63,593 nt of DNA, filler included, from Klebsormidium nitens (GCA_000708835.1; 4 parts of 4 records of this genome joined end to end with filler, not necessarily neighbours in it), one strand, 5' to 3'. Shown: positions 1-12,597, counted from the whole stretch's first letter. Notes: a model not told the origin generated them from the letters alone. Program-made: numbers and translations.

Positions 1-300
1 TCTGCTTCCCGGGTTGTTCAATTAGGATGGTTCTACATTGTCCCTGAGCTGAGCATCCGCCACATAAGATGCCTGGCATGAGCATACATCGCAACCTCTG
101 CTTGCTGCGAGACATTGCTCAGCGTGTACCAGCGCACAAATCGGCTTGCAGCTTCAGTATATTTCCCCACGATATTAAGTAGGCTTCTGTTGATGCTTGT
201 CATGACTTGTTTCAGCAATTCAGCAAACCAAAGCCATTGTAACCACTTCGCAGGAAACTCGCTTTCACAAATGCCAATTACCCGTTTCTGCTTTCTGCAG

Positions 301-1607
301 CTGCAAAGGTGGCTGATGCCAGCGGGGTCCTTACATTGGATCGATTTCAAGCAGGCCTGCAACCAATCCAAGAAGGCTTGCAAGGCCTGCTCGAAGAGCT
401 GCGAAAGGCCAAAGAGAGGAAACCAAAAAGTTTCTCTAGAGTCGGTTCCACGGAAGCTCAAAAGCTCCTGGCCCAACTAGATTTCGCTGAGGAACTCGGG
501 AATCTCGAGGATCCGATTCTCCCGCCATCAGATACACCAGAAGCAGAAGCTTTCGATTACTCTCTCTATCCCAATGAAGACTCTGGCACTCCTGCTCTCC
601 TTGAACACCACCGGCAACAGCTTCAGAAGTATGGGGTGCTTTTTGGACGGGGTGCTTTCCAGATGTATGACATTCATAAGAATAAGACACTATACCTAAT
701 CACTGCCCCGGATGAAAGTCAGTTCACAGGCACTGCAGATGGGCTTCTGGCGCCCTTCGGGCTGTACCCTGAGTCTGCCGCTAGACAGTGCAGAGTGCTT
801 TTTGACCATAAGCAGACCGAAGATCAGAAGCAAAGCTACAGAGAGAATCACCCCAACACCGCTGGAGGGGTAAGTTGATGTCAAGTTGCTGAATTGTCAA
901 ATCGATGAATTGATCATTACACAAATCAACCCTTAGCACCCTTGACCTTACAGATTGTGGTGGTACATTTGCCTAGACACATTCACCCGAAGAAACGCAC
1001 ATATAGAAGACTTGCGCTGCTTAATGAAGGCTGGCCTGCAAGTCTTACTGAAAGAGATCGTCCCAAAGACAAGAAAAGAATTGTCCATGATAAGCATTTT
1101 CAGCTGCAGTACTGATCGGGTACGAATGATGAAGCTTTCTTCTTGCAGTCTGGCAAGGATGCAGGACCTCCTGGACCAGTCCAGTATGGGGCGCACAAGG
1201 GACAGGTCTTGGTTTGCTACCTCGCGTCTTTGGCAATCAATTCGTTCCCTCTCATCTATGACCTGTGCGATGGAGAGACACACAACCTGCTCCACTTACG
1301 AGACGGTTTCATCACAGTCTGGGAGGGCTTGAGCCCAACGCAAGCATACTGGAAGCTGTCACAGCTACTACAGCAATTTCCGGAGGCCACTGAGAAACGG
1401 CTGCGTCTGGAGGCGATCCCGGAGGAGTTTCAGGTGCCTCTGAAAAAGCTGCGGGTCCTTGAGCCCTCGTCCGGAATCCTGGAGCAGCTTGAGAGCATCT
1501 TACCTTTCGTGCCAGAGAGCGAGAGAGTTGCTTGTACCCAAGAGCTGCTTGCCCCATGGCTACAGTCATCTAGACTCCCAGAATCTATCCTTCACATGTA
1601 CAACTGA
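301..1607 (+). CDS. Crinkler(CRN)-type PD-(D/E)xK restriction-endonuclease-like protein, 5' incomplete; exons 301-869 and 1149-1607
   Basis: Acceptor tgcag at 300, donor GGG|gtaagt at 870, acceptor cttgcag at 1148 in phase 0. Motifs FTGTADGLL...VLFDHKQ and GQVLVCYLASLAINSFPLIYDLCDG resemble the CR-REase pattern. Recognised from memory only. Confidence 0.45.
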
Positions 1608-3653
1608 GTTTGGTCTAACCTGTGTCTAAAATTAGAACATCCATTTGGGAGACTATCAAGGCAGAATTGGTTACACTCTGTTTGTGAGAAGTACCTGGTG
1701 TTTGACGGGTTGATGCAATTTGGGGATGTGAAGCTGCTTCAAGCTGCTACTTTGTTATTCGTATTTCTCTCACCAATTTTGAGCATGAGTTTGAATGGTT
1801 GCGCTCCATCAACCCGCATAACTACACGAGAAAGCCGCTTGAGCCGTAGTGTATATCTCCTTGCTACTCATGTTGCAAGATATCCGGAGCTTTTGCATTC
1901 TCAAAAAGTCAACGGTAGATGTGATTCGACCTCTGAGCGTTGGTTATAAAGAGAATACAGGGATCACTCATATGCACGGAAGCTGATCTGATATGTATTG
2001 TAGATGCTTCTAGTAAGATTCGCATGATTCAGTAACGTCTTTGCAAATTACGTACATAGAAAATCGAAAATGGCAAGGACTCACATGCACTTCAATTATA
2101 GCGTGCTTTACTTGTTGATTATAACATCTTTTGATTGCACATGCGCGCAGCTAGATCGTGAACGGCGTCCAGTACTGTGCAAAGTTGATTCATGAAGAAA
2201 TTAGCAGAGATATACTTTTCAAAATCGATGTCACCTTCAACGCTGCAACAGTCCCATGCCTTTTGGATCTGAACCTAGGGTTCTGAGTTTTGTTCACCAT
2301 GCCGATCATATGATGTGATTCGTTTACATTGCCTTGTAATTTTCAATCGCCGAGTCATGTACATTGCTCAATATTCGATTTGAATACTTGTATGTTGCTC
2401 GATCTATCATGGTTGATGAACATTGACAAGTGTACATCAACCAATCATTTGTGTTCCTAGTCATGAATTTTTGGATCTACATCTTGCAAATGCATGTAGA
2501 CGATTACCAAGCAGATGTGTCTCCATCTTGATACACTTTAGACGCGGTGCGTCGGAGCACTTGTTTACGTGCGGTATCAGGCCGGTCGGGCGGTCGCGCA
2601 GGTCTCAAATGCGCAGTTGGCGCGACCTATTCTAGGTGTCCCATATAATAGCAGCCCTCTACATCTCATGCAACGGGACACCAAACTTCGGGGTTTCGAA
2701 GGTGACCCTACTGAGATTCAATCGGACCGGTGTTGGTTTCCGGGCAGTTAGCCGTCTGGACACTGTCCTTAAGTAAGCAAGCAATTTGCCTGGAGCCCTG
2801 ACCCAATCCAGCCCATCAGTCTACTGGGCACCCGGGAGTCAGCCCCCTCGAGCATAGGCTATGTGCCGTAAGTTGTATGCGCACCGGTACCGGTGCAGAC
2901 CGTGACTGGACCGGGTCAGACTCACGGTCGTTCTCGGTCACGAGCCCGAGTCTCCAGCATAGACGCCACTGCTAGTCTCCAGCATTGTGCGAGCTGCCAG
3001 CATGCCAACTTAAACAAAAACAAGCTCGCAATAGCACAGGATATTGGATGAGCGGAGCTGCAAGTGGTTAAGTCTCGGTAATGCAGAGGCAAGGAATGAG
3101 TGGCCGAGCTTCCAAAAGGATTTCACTCGTCCCTATTGTCAAAGCAAGACTGTGTCTGCAATGCTTCCGTTTGTGGCAGTCACGTCAGCGCGACACATGG
3201 TTTCCTGAGCCAGGTCCAAGTCAGGTACTCTGCCACAGCTTCCACTGGCATGCGTTTTCTGTTGAATTCTTCCTTTGATACAACCAGGCCAACTTGAAAA
3301 TCCATTGGAAGATACAAGCATTACAGGAAGAGTGTGCGCTTCAGCCTGCAGGATAAGTGTTTTGTTCAGCACGTCTCTAGGGCTGCACGCTTTTGGCGCA
3401 GACTGATCCAGACAATCTGCTTCAGAATTGTACGCTGTCCTGAAGCTGTGTACAGCTCTGAGCTGAATTGAGCATCAGTATTTCTTTACTGTGGGCAATT
3501 CAGTCCTTCCTTTTGTGTGCTTGCAGCGGTGATGAGCGGCGCTAGTGCTTCAAGCTCACGGCAAGAAGCTGGCCTTGTGGACGGTCCAAGTCTGATCACA
3601 TGGTCTGCCAGGCTGCTCGCTTTGCACGCGCTACAAAGTATAGGGAGCACATA

Positions 3654-4305
3654 TGTAACGTTTGGAGTTCGGTTAAGACTAACCATCCATCCGTTAACAA
3701 ATATGCCAATCTAACTCGGCATAGCTCAAGTCTGATGTGACTCAATAACAGGCATTTAATTGTCTTAGAGTCCTCATCATTGGGTTGTCACTGTCGGCGT
3801 AAAAGTCGAGGACAAGCCCATGTGTCTGAATGATGAATGGCATGTATACATACTCTGTATGGTGCCAAGTCGTAGTGCAAGTCATGACATGTATGCATGT
3901 TTGACCAATGAATGCGTGCTTAAGCCTGCTACATGGTATGCAGCATGCTAGAGGGTGCACGTTGCACTACTACGGTCTGAACCTGATGTTGACTGTGTAA
4001 ACCAGTGCATAGCTTATTGACGTTGACTAGAGGTATGCATTAGGGCAGTCTGCGGACAGCCCTAAGTAAGACTGATACTCTAAGATTCGCCATGAGGCGT
4101 ACTGCCTGGGAAGACAGAAGACTGAAGGATTGTGAAGCGGGGATCATTCATTCGAATTCCCAACCAGCAACACAATTCCTACGAACTCAGGGAAGATCGT
4201 TTCTGAAGAGCCGCACCCTCGAACTGCAAGCATATCTGTGAAGGCATCCATGATTCCGCCATGGCTGCCCTGACGTGAGAGCGAACTAGCACGTCCAACA
4301 TTACA
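3654..4305 (+). repeat. 5' LTR
   Basis: Starts TGTAACG and ends CATTACA; direct repeat of 11946-12597 with no difference seen in the stretches compared by eye. Confidence 0.96.
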
Positions 4306-4306
4306 C

Positions 4307-4317
4307 TGGTATCAGAG
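4307..4317 (+). promoter_or_regulatory. Primer-binding site (initiator tRNA-Met type)
   Basis: TGGTATCAGAG lies 1 nt after the 5' LTR, matching the canonical plant tRNA-iMet PBS. Confidence 0.92.
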
Positions 4318-4687
4318 GGCAAAGGGGCATTCCTTCGTTCATCCTGGTGAGGGCGTTTTGGGCATGCCAGTCTCAGAAGGAGAGGGTTGCTGCTTCTCTT
4401 GAGCAAATCACTTCGCTGTGTTTTCAGATCTCTGGGTTGGCAACAGTGGTTGTTGAAGACGAAGGGGAAAAGGCAGTGAGCACGTTTCCAACGTGTATCT
4501 CCTCCTCCGAGTCGCGATTAACTGCGACGTCACCACCTTTTGTTCCAAAAGAAAAGGAGAAGGTTGGTGTTTCTGATTCTGCATCTGTCTGGTAACCCCT
4601 GTTCGCTCGGGATATATTGGTGCTCTCACTAAACCTAAGCCTTCTGTTTCTGCTAAGGTTGGGGCATCAACTTCTGGATCATCGGAT

Positions 4688-5773
4688 ATGGCTGCTCCTA
4701 TGCAACATGCCAATACGGCTCCAGCATTCCTTGCTGCTTGGAACGCTGCCCCCGATGATAATGCCAGGCAAGCGTTAGAGCAGGTTGCTCTTGCGCATGG
4801 CACTACTGCTGTGAGGGTTGAGGCCTTGCTCAAGCGCGATGATAGGTCGCGAGCTGATATGGCTGCCCTCCATGCATCTCTGAATGCGGCTACGGCTGCT
4901 GTGAACGCTGCGAACGCAAATGCACAGGCCGCTCAGGCTGTTGCTGCGGCAGCTACTGCTTCCGCCTTTAAGCCAGCGACTCCTCCTCGTTATGAGAACA
5001 AGGATAAGGATATGGAGATTCGCAAGTGGCTTCCTGTTGTGGAGGATTATGCCAGGACCTGCAATGATGTCGATTATTTGCGCATTGTCAGCTCCTTTCT
5101 GCATGGCAAGCCGAGGTCGTACTTCCAGTCGAAGTATGATGCTCATAAGGCTGCTAACGGAGGGAATGAACCGGATGATCCCCGGGCATTCTTCCGCGAG
5201 ACCATGATCAGTGGATACGGTCTCTTTGACCAGACCCAGGTTTACTGGGATAACTGGAACAATCTGAGGATGTTGGGCAATATGGATATCGGTGATTACA
5301 ACATCGCCTTTACTCAGTGCCTTACTGACCTTGGTGATCAGATCCAGGGAGAGCAGGTGAAGATCGAGAAGTATCGTCTCGGCCTGCAGTCTGATATGCG
5401 CGAGATGGTTCGCACCTCTCCCCAAGGCACTCGCTGGGAGACTCTGCAGGCTCTTATTGAGTATTGTTCGCTCCAGTGGCCTATTGTGGCTGCCAGGATT
5501 GCAAAGCGGACCAAGCATCCTCCTGCAGCTGGGAAGGTGGGAGGCAAGCGCAAGTCCAGTGGGGGTGGAGGTGGCTCCAGCTCTAGGCCCAAGTTGGGGG
5601 CAACTGGTAGGCTCTCTGAAGAGCAGAGGGCCCACAATCTGAAGAACGGGCTCTGCCATATCTGTGGAAAGGCAGGTCATATGGCTAAGGATTGCCCTGA
5701 TAGGGATCCTTCTAAGCCGTTTGACGAGAACAAAAAACAGAAGAAGGGCAAGAAAGACTCTAAGGATTTTTAG
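4688..5773 (+). CDS. gag: Gag with CCHC zinc knuckle
   Basis: 361-aa ORF; retrotransposon gag-like core and CHICGKAGHMAKDC knuckle. Confidence 0.93.
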   Translation: MAAPMQHANTAPAFLAAWNAAPDDNARQALEQVALAHGTTAVRVEALLKRDDRSRADMAALHASLNAATAAVNAANANAQAAQAVAAAATASAFKPATPPRYENKDKDMEIRKWLPVVEDYARTCNDVDYLRIVSSFLHGKPRSYFQSKYDAHKAANGGNEPDDPRAFFRETMISGYGLFDQTQVYWDNWNNLRMLGNMDIGDYNIAFTQCLTDLGDQIQGEQVKIEKYRLGLQSDMREMVRTSPQGTRWETLQALIEYCSLQWPIVAARIAKRTKHPPAAGKVGGKRKSSGGGGGSSSRPKLGATGRLSEEQRAHNLKNGLCHICGKAGHMAKDCPDRDPSKPFDENKKQKKGKKDSKDF

Positions 5774-5806
5774 AATCTCTAGGCAGTACAGGACGACTTC
5801 CTAGAG
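5764..5806 (+). promoter_or_regulatory. -1 programmed ribosomal frameshift signal (G GAT TTT, 6-nt spacer, stem-loop)
   Basis: Pol frame is -1 to gag and is closed upstream by TAA at 5761-5763. Slippery heptamer at 5764-5770; stem CTCTAGG(5777-5783) pairs with CCTAGAG(5800-5806). Confidence 0.8.
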
Positions 5807-8800
5807 TAAATCCTCAATCTGCGTTGCTAGATCTTACAGTGGGAGACTTCCTGGATATTTCAATGACACTAGGACGTGTATTTGAAATTGGAGTTTCTCA
5901 TACTAAAGGAGATTTGGCTACAGATTGGAGTCCTTCTTCTCAGTTCTTGGCCCCTGTGCTAGCAGGAAAGCATGTGTGGTTGAATGCTCAGAATTCTACA
6001 GAGATGTCAGAACGTCTGAGGCAATTTCATTCTGCTTACTTGTCTAGTCCTACTGACACGTCTGCTTGTGTATTGATCAGGCAGAGTGCTCCAGTAGATC
6101 TGCATCTGTTGAAGAACTTCGTTGAAGTACTAGCTTTGCCTAAGGGGTCTCCTGTTCGTCGTTTGTCTGACGATGGAGAGTGGTCTGTTGTTAAGAGTCC
6201 TGAGAAACTGCGTGTTCTGTATCTTGCTTCTACCGTTGACAAGGTGTCTGCAGAGGCGGGACTTATGACAGGACGCATTCTGGCAGCTTCTCGTAAAAGG
6301 GCTGATGGGTCACCTGCCCTTCGGATGATGTTTGCTGCTCGTGCCGCAGGCACTAATGCGAATATCTTGTTTGACAGTGGTGCTTCGCATAACTATGTGT
6401 CGACCACGTTTGCCAAACTAACGGGCATCTCGGTTAGTCCTTCTTTGCAGAAAGTTCGACTCGGATCTGACCAGGAGGTAGCTCCTGATGGCGAGGCGAC
6501 GGTATATGTTCGAATAGGGTCGTTTCATAAGCCAGTCAAATGCCTTGTCATGAATCTGTTGTTTGAGGTAGATATGATTCTGGGAGATGAGTTTATGAGC
6601 AAGTATGATCGCATCTTGCATTATGGCCGTAAGTGTCTTATGATTCAGAAACGAAGAAGACACATTACTGTCAGGACTCCTCCTATGCACAGGGAAGCTC
6701 CGGAAGAAGCCGAGGCTGTTCCTAATGTGTTCTCTGCCTCGCAGAACTTTGAAGAGGGCTGTTCGGCGAGGGGAGCGTGTAACGGTACGGAAGCCGACCG
6801 CCTTAGCCGCTCGGCTATGCATCCAAAAAGCTGTCGACTGGATGCACACTAAGGCGCTTCCGTAATTTATATATCGATTTTGCGTCGGCCGTCCGCGCGT
6901 CGCGGCCGGGTTATCGCGTCGATTTTCGTTCCGCTNNNNNNNNNNNNNNNNNNNNNNNNNNNNNNNNNNNNNNNNNNNNNNNNNNNNNNNNNNNNNNNNN
7001 NNNNNNNNNNNNNNNNNNNNNNNNNNNNNNNNNNNNNNNNNNNNNNNNNNNNNNNNNNNNNNNNNNNNNNNNNNNNNNNNNNNNNNNNNNNNNNNNNNNN
7101 NNNNNNNNNNNNNNNNNNNNNNNNNNNNNNNNNNNNNNNNNNNNNNNNNNNNNNNNNNNNNNNNNNNNNNNNNNNNNNNNNNNNNNNNNNNNNNNNNNNN
7201 NNNNNNNNNNNNNNNNNNNNNNNNNNNNNNNNNNNNNNNNNNNNNNNNNNNNNNNNNNNNNNNNNNNNNNNNNNNNNNNNNNNNNNNNNNNNNNNNNNNN
7301 NNNNNNNNNNNNNNNNNNNNNNNNNNNNNNNNNNNNNNNNNNNNNNNNNNNNNNNNNNNNNNNNNNNNNNNNNNNNNNNNNNNNNNNNNNNNNNNNNNNN
7401 NNNNNNNNNNNNNNNNNNNNNNNNNNNNNNNNNNNNNNNNNNNNNNNNNNNNNNNNNNNNNNCCGTTACAGAGCGCGTGTTCCTTGCATCACTGAAGCTG
7501 CTGGAACCAGACGCTGCTGCTCCGGAGTCGGCTTCTCCTTCTGCCCAACCTGGTCATCCGGCAAGTGAGAAACCGTGGGTCTCTAACTTGATTGGCGAGT
7601 TTTCTGAAGTGTTTCAGGATCCTCTTCCGGAACAGTTTGCCTCCTATGAGAAAGGAAGTGCACAGTATTTCCACAGAGCCAGGACATCCGCCTCCGTTTC
7701 GGCAGATGTACCGTTTATCTCCGTTGGAGTACAGAGAGTTGGAGAAACAGGTCACGGCTTTTCTTAAGGCTGGGATTTTGGAAATGTCCACGTCCCCATA
7801 TGGTGCACCTGTTCTGTTTGTTCCAAAGCCTAATGGCAGGGGTTTGAGACTGTGTGTCGATTACCGGGCTTTGAACGCAATCACTATCAAGAATCGTTGT
7901 ACGATTCCCAGGATAGATGATCTTCTGGATGCAGTGTCAGGATCAAAGTATTTTACTTCATTGGATCTGACGTCTGGTTATCATCAGATACTGATTTCTG
8001 AGGAGGATCGACCTAAGACTGCGTTTCGCACTCCGTTTGGTCATTTTCAGTTTAAGGTGTTGATAGAAGGCCTGACGAATGCACCTGCGACGTTTCAGAC
8101 GGCTATGAACTCTATCTTCCATCCTTACCTCCGAAAATTTGTTGTTGTCTATCTAGATGACATTCTGATATACTCTCGGACAGAGAAGGAAAATAAGGCA
8201 CATGTTCGCCTAGTTCTGGACGTTCTCAAGCGTGAGAAGTTTTACGTGTGTAAAGCTAAGTCCACCTTTGCTGCCAAGGAGATTAAGTTTCTGGGACATA
8301 TTGTCAATTCGGAAGGCATTCGCCCTGACCCTAAAAAGGTCGAGGTTGTCCAAAATTGGCCTGTGCCGAAGAACGTTCATGAGGTTCGTTCATTTCTGGG
8401 CTTGGCTAATTATTTTCGGAAGTTTATTAGTCATTATTCGGAAGTCGCCGCTCCCTTGACTAATCTTACGAAAAAGTCTCACGTGTGGCTTTGGACTGGC
8501 AAATGCCAAGATGCTTTTGAGAAGCTTAAGCATCTTCTGACAGAAGCTCCGTTGTTAATGACTCCAGATGAGTCAAAGACCTATCGTGTGGTTACGGATG
8601 CTTCTGATATTGGTCTGGGCGGAGTTTTGCTACAGGAGGATCTTCCTATAGCTTATGAATCTCAAAAACTGAATTCTGCTGAGCAGAACTATACAACGAC
8701 TGAACGGGAAATGTTAGCCGTTGTTCATGCTCTGCGTGTGTGGCGTTGCTACCTGGAAGGTGTGTACTTTGAAGTTGAGACGGACCATAAGTGCAATACT

Positions 8801-11511
8801 TTCTTCCAGAGTCAGCCGAACCTCTCACGGCGCCAAGCACGTTGGTCGGAATTCCTACAGCGCTTTGGCAAGTTCAAATGGGACTATCGCCCTGGCGAGC
8901 AGAATGTTGCGGATGCGTTAAGCAGAAGGGATGTAGCTGCCAGTTCGCAAGATTTTGTATCTGTTTTTAAAGCTCTGGCGGTCTGCGCTGCTGCTGTTTT
9001 GAGCGGAATGTACGATCGGTCTAGTAAGCCCGGCCAGGCTGAACGGTTAGATCGCGACCAAAGTTGTGCTTCGACCCTAACGTTTGAATTGCCGTCTTCC
9101 TTGCTCAAGTCTCTCCACTTGGAAAGTCAGGTTCTGTGCGAACAGATACGGCGAGATGCAAACCGTCCCTCTAAGTCGCCTGGGTTGTGTGTCAACTCGC
9201 AAGGTCTTGTCATCAAGGATTCCCAAGTAGTAGTCCCTGATCATTGTGATCATCTGAAACGGGATATCATGGAAGCTTTTCATGATACACCCTCTGCGGG
9301 ACACTATGGAATAGCCAAGACTTGCAAGGCAATCCAGAAACTCTTCTTTTGGACATCCATGAGAGNNNNNNNNNNNNNNNNNNNNNNNNNNNNNNNNNNN
9401 NNNNNNNNNNNNNNNNNNNNNNNNNNNNNNNNNNNNNNNNNNNNNNNNNNNNNNNNNNNNNNNNNNNNNNNNNNNNNNNNNNNNNNNNNNNNNNNNNNNN
9501 NNNNNNNNNNNNNNNNNNNNNNNNNNNNNNNNNNNNNNNNNNNNNNNNNNNNNNNNNNNNNNNNNNNNNNNNNNNNNNNNNNNNNNNNNNNNNNNNNNNN
9601 NNNNNNNNNNNNNNNNNNNNNNNNNNNNNNNNNNNNNNNNNNNNNNNNNNNNNNNNNNNNNNNNNNNNNNNNNNNNNNNNNNNNNNNNNNNNNNNNNNNN
9701 NNNNNNNNNNNNNNNNNNNNNNNNNNNNNNNNNNNNNNNNNNNNNNNNNNNNNNNNNNNNNNNNNNNNNNNNNNNNNNNNNNNNNNNNNNNNNNNNNNNN
9801 NNNNNNNNNNNNNNNNNNNNNNNNNNNNNNNNNNNNNNNNNNNNNNNNNNNNNNNNNNNNNNNNNNNNNNNNNNNNNNNNNNNNNNNNNNNNNNNNNNNN
9901 NNNNNNNNNNNNNNNNNNNNNNNNNNNNNNNNNNNNNNNNNNNNNNNNNNNNNNNNNNNNNNNNNNNNNNNNNNNNNNNNNNNNNNNNNNNNNNNNNNNN
10001 NNNNNNNNNNNNNNNNNNNNNNNNNNNNNNNNNNNNNNNNNNNNNNNNNNNNNNNNNNNNNNNNNNNNNNNNNNNNNNNNNNNNNNNNNNNNNNNNNNGC
10101 TTAGTCTAAAAAGCTTATCGGACGGTTCCCAGGCGCGCGGTGCACGTGGGTCTTTATCGAACGGTCACTCGGTGAAGCAGTAACCTGGACACGTGGCGTG
10201 TAGTGATTCAATAAGTCGATAGCGTATAATAACGGACGATGCGCGGCCGCGAGTTCAGCGCGCAGCCGGGAGTCGGTGCGCAGTCGTGCCGTTGCAGAGG
10301 ATGTCGCAAGATATGTCACTAATTGTGTCAGCTGTGCTCGTAACAAGGCGAGGCGCCACGCGCCATACGGCCGGCTGCAGACAATTCCGGTCCCTGAAAA
10401 GCCTTGGCATAGCGTGTCTATGGACTTAATTGTCAAGCTACCAGTAACGGCCAGGGGCCATGACTCTATCTGTGTTTTCGTTGACAGGTTGACGAAGATG
10501 GTACACTTCGTGCCCTGCAAGGAAAAACTGTCTGCGAAAGGATTCGCAGAGCTCTACGTAGACAATGTTTTCCGTTACCATGGTCTTAGCGAAGAGTTCA
10601 TTTCTGATCGTGATAGTCGGTTCACGAGTGAGTTTTGGAAAGGAGTGACCGAGTTGCTTGGCACGCGGCTTTGTGTGTCATCTTCTTTTCATCCTCAGAC
10701 GGATGGTCAAACTGAACGGGTTAACCAGACTCTGGAAGCATATCTGCGTCATTTCGTTTCTGCAACGTTAAATGACTGGGATCTCTTGCTGTCACGTGCA
10801 GAGTTTGCCCATAACAACGCTTTCCATGAATCTGTTCAGGCCACGCCGTTTTATCTGAATCACGGCCGCCACCCGAGGACTCCAATGGGTGGTAAGCGCG
10901 ATGATGATGTACCTGCTGATTCTGCTGCCTTCGTTGAAAGATTGCAATCAACTCTCACCTTGGCACGCAAGTTGCTGATTGCTGCTCAACAGAGACAGAA
11001 GGCATATGCAGATAAGCACAGGATTGAAAAGTCCTATAAGATTGGAGAACAGGTTCTTCTGAGTACGAAGTACCTGAACATAAAGCATGGCGAAACTAAT
11101 CGCAAGCTTCTCCCGAAATGGATTGGTCCATTCAAAGTCGTGCAGAAGGTGGGTCCCGTCTCTTATGAGTTAGAGATAAATCCAGGCTGGCGTGTGCATC
11201 CTGTGTTTCACGTCTCTCTGCTGGAGCTGTACAAAACTGACGGCAGGATCCGACCCCCACCTCCTCCAATTGAATTGGAAGGTGCTCTGGAATATGAAGT
11301 GGAAGCGATCGAAAAGCATCGAACCACTGGGCGTAAGAAGCCTAAAACCTCCTATCTTGTTTCATGGAAAGGTTATGGTCCAGAACATAACTCATGGGAG
11401 CCGGAGGCGAACGTCGCGAATGCTCCTGAAAAACTTGCGGAGTACTGGAAAAGGTACGCTGAGAAACAGAGTGGGGTTGAGGAAACCCTTGGAGCCCTCA
11501 TTCTGAAGTAA
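5764..11511 (+). CDS. pol: Pol polyprotein: degenerate N6-MTase-like domain, aspartic protease, RT, RNase H, integrase, chromodomain; interrupted by two assembly gaps and apparent frameshifts near 6750 and 7630
   Basis: ILFDSGASHNYV (PR); VVVYLDDILIYS (RT); VVTDASDIGLGGVL (RH); HDTPSAGH...CVSC, SMDLI, ISDRD, GQTERVN (HHCC and DDE integrase); KWIGPF; EYEVEAI...YLVSWKGYGPEHNSWEPEANV (chromodomain). Confidence 0.93.
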
Positions 11512-11945
11512 CAGGTACAGAGCCAAGACAGTTGTGGCTCCCCGCGACACCTCGAGATAAGTCGGATCTCTTGGTTACCTCGTGTAGTTCAAAAACTGTT
11601 TCTGTTCTGTTCTGACTTCTGAACTGGTCTCAAATACGTGACATGTCAATAGCTGACATTCTGATGCAATTTCTGCAAATCTGAAAATGATACCACTGTG
11701 ACGATCGGGGTCCTTACCACTGGACCACGGAGCCAAAAGGCATTTCTGAATCTCTGAAATTTCTGAATTGATTAAAGTCTTCTTTAGTCTCTACTGCTTG
11801 AGTTAGAGCAATTTGAGCTCTTCTCGGGACTCTGAATAGAGCCACGGCGTGTTTCGTCGAGGGGCTCGTCTTTCTGTTCTCTGAATTCTGTTACAAAATC
11901 CCCAGTATCTGAGTGTTGAGCTGCTGGGGTGTAAGTCTGGAGCAC

Positions 11946-12597
11946 TGTAACGTTTGGAGTTCGGTTAAGACTAACCATCCATCCGTTAACAAATATGCCA
12001 ATCTAACTCGGCATAGCTCAAGTCTGATGTGACTCAATAACAGGCATTTAATTGTCTTAGAGTCCTCATCATTGGGTTGTCACTGTCGGCGTAAAAGTCG
12101 AGGACAAGCCCATGTGTCTGAATGATGAATGGCATGTATACATACTCTGTATGGTGCCAAGTCGTAGTGCAAGTCATGACATGTATGCATGTTTGACCAA
12201 TGAATGCGTGCTTAAGCCTGCTACATGGTATGCAGCATGCTAGAGGGTGCACGTTGCACTACTACGGTCTGAACCTGATGTTGACTGTGTAAACCAGTGC
12301 ATAGCTTATTGACGTTGACTAGAGGTATGCATTAGGGCAGTCTGCGGACAGCCCTAAGTAAGACTGATACTCTAAGATTCGCCATGAGGCGTACTGCCTG
12401 GGAAGACAGAAGACTGAAGGATTGTGAAGCGGGGATCATTCATTCGAATTCCCAACCAGCAACACAATTCCTACGAACTCAGGGAAGATCGTTTCTGAAG
12501 AGCCGCACCCTCGAACTGCAAGCATATCTGTGAAGGCATCCATGATTCCGCCATGGCTGCCCTGACGTGAGAGCGAACTAGCACGTCCAACATTACA
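11946..12597 (+). repeat. 3' LTR
   Basis: 652-bp direct repeat of the 5' LTR, followed by the TSD ACATA. Confidence 0.96.

Larger units (their letters stand above)
3654..12597 (+). mobile_element. Full-length Ty3/gypsy LTR retrotransposon (chromovirus)
   Basis: Two 652-bp LTRs with TGTAA...TTACA ends; 5-bp TSD ACATA at 3649-3653 and 12598-12602; PBS; order gag, PR, RT, RH, IN, chromodomain. Confidence 0.97.

Noticed and set aside
2881-2896. Perfect 16-bp palindrome GCACCGGTACCGGTGC
   Set aside because: It is an isolated single occurrence with no supporting context.
3644-3650. GGAGCAC upstream of both LTRs (also 11939-11945)
   Set aside because: It is only 7 bp and offset by 3 nt, while the ACATA TSD already defines the boundaries; probably chance.
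3742-4406. Duplicated 72-aa and similar short ORFs (also 12034-12252)
   Set aside because: They lie within the LTRs and are duplicated only because the LTR is duplicated.
6790-10285. Extra domains hidden in the two pol gaps (6936-7462, 9366-10098) and odd flanking sequence
   Set aside because: The protein resumes almost where it stopped (..RRGERV / ERVFLASL.. and ..WTSMR / ..EDVARYV), so the true gaps are probably near zero and the flanks are probably low-quality read ends.
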